Assembly: GCF_029227915.1 (NCBI RefSeq)
Contig: NC_079880.1
Coordinates: 19,643,855 to 19,707,854 of the forward strand
Reading direction: 5' to 3'
DNA: 64,000 bases
DNA from: Hydractinia symbiolongicarpus
Taxonomy: Eukaryota
Shown here: piece after piece, positions 63,396-64,000 of the stretch
Layout of the letters: the number at the start of each line of letters is the position of its first letter
Position numbering within the stretch: position 1 is the first letter of the stretch
The notes under the pieces: generated by a model
What the model was told of the DNA's origin: nothing
The model's database searches: none
Seen by the model: only the letters and a program-made list of their open reading frames with translations
Position numbers and translations under genes: made by a program

Positions 63396-64000
63396 GTATG
63401 TGTAAACTTAAATCCTATGCTTGTTCATTTGTAATTCTGCTATAGCACAAAGCTGTTAAGTGTATTGGTCAGTATATGATTTGCTTACAAAAACACCACA
63501 AACTCTGAGGACAATAGTTGCATTAAGACTTTTTTAACCACCTCATTCGCCCTTTTAACGCAGTGTTACCACTTCCTAATAAAATGCAAAAATAAATCTT
63601 AAAACCTTCCTCAGAACATGTATAGCATTCATAGGCATTATTTTAAATATAGGTAAACAAATTTACCCCACTTTTAGGTCCTTTTTAATCCACACCTATT
63701 CCGCCAGCCTCCGAGAATTAATGCCAATTACGGCTGGCGTTAAAAGGGGAGGTAAGGTAGCATCAACTAAACGTGAGAATATCTGGCATATCTAGAGTTA
63801 TTTTGTATAAATTATGTATTCTATGTAAACCAGTTGTGACATTCTAGGTGCAGACAAGTTTCAATGTTTACGTTTTGTTAGATTCTAGGTTGACTTTTGG
63901 TGTGGAAAGTCAAATCATGGTTAACCACTTTTCTTTTGTGGCTAGACACATCTTATCACTGATATATGTTCTAATCTGCTTGCAAACAATATTTTAATTT

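Overview
This window is AT-rich (about 30% GC), intron-containing eukaryotic, almost certainly metazoan, nuclear DNA; the gene set and repeat load suggest an invertebrate, possibly a cnidarian. There are no prokaryotic features, no CRISPR array and no rRNA. All calls rest on reading the sequence and the supplied ORF track, and exon borders were placed on GT/AG splice signals.

Protein-coding genes:
1. Minus strand, about 1.7-5.75 kb: a multi-exon acid sphingomyelinase (SMPD1/ASM-like) gene. It encodes a signal peptide, a saposin-B domain and a calcineurin-like metallophosphoesterase domain with the motifs DxH, GDxxD, GNHE and GHxH. Nine exons are resolved; the 3' terminal exon(s) are not.
2. 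Plus strand, 13732-15771: a single intronless 679-aa ORF. It encodes a type-I membrane protein with a signal peptide, three CUB domains, one LDL-receptor class A module, a TM helix, and a cytoplasmic tail carrying two PPxY motifs and an acidic Ser/Asp-rich C-terminus.
3. Minus strand, about 16.77-46.06 kb: one very large multi-exon gene, or less likely two adjacent genes. Reading from the 5' end it encodes a low-complexity N-terminus, a TROVE-like region, a DUF4062-like module, a NACHT P-loop NTPase (GKSGSGKT) and a long WD40 array. This is the architecture of telomerase/vault protein component 1 (TEP1).
4. Minus strand, ending at 57300: the terminal exon of an ML/NPC2-like lipid-recognition protein.
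5. Plus strand, 59.15 kb to beyond the window end: a dihydrolipoamide acetyltransferase (PDH E2, DLAT-like) gene. Four exons are resolved: lipoyl domain, linker, E3-binding domain, and the start of the catalytic domain.

Repeats and mobile DNA:
- A 5'-truncated LINE carrying a reverse transcriptase (RT) with one internal stop lies 13 bp downstream of a DLAT splice donor and is in frame with the exon.
- A second degraded LINE RT lies on the minus strand at about 9.8-10.75 kb.
- A Penelope-like GIY-YIG fragment lies at about 51.1-51.3 kb.
- A family of short MITE-like elements has GGGGACGAGG-type terminal inverted repeats (TIRs) and 8-bp target-site duplications (TSDs). Three bounded copies are resolved and several solo TIR-like motifs occur, clustered at 12.6-13.4 kb.
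- A 913-bp foldback element with a perfect 12-bp TSD lies at 36.56-37.47 kb.
- A 1.67-kb TIR element flanked by TTAA lies at 54.47-56.15 kb.
- A tRNA-Lys(CTT)-derived pseudogene or SINE head is followed by a 20-bp tandem array.
- Several micro- and minisatellites, perfect hairpins and dispersed repeats are present, including recurring GCTGACGTCAGC (CRE-like) palindromes inside TEP1-like introns.
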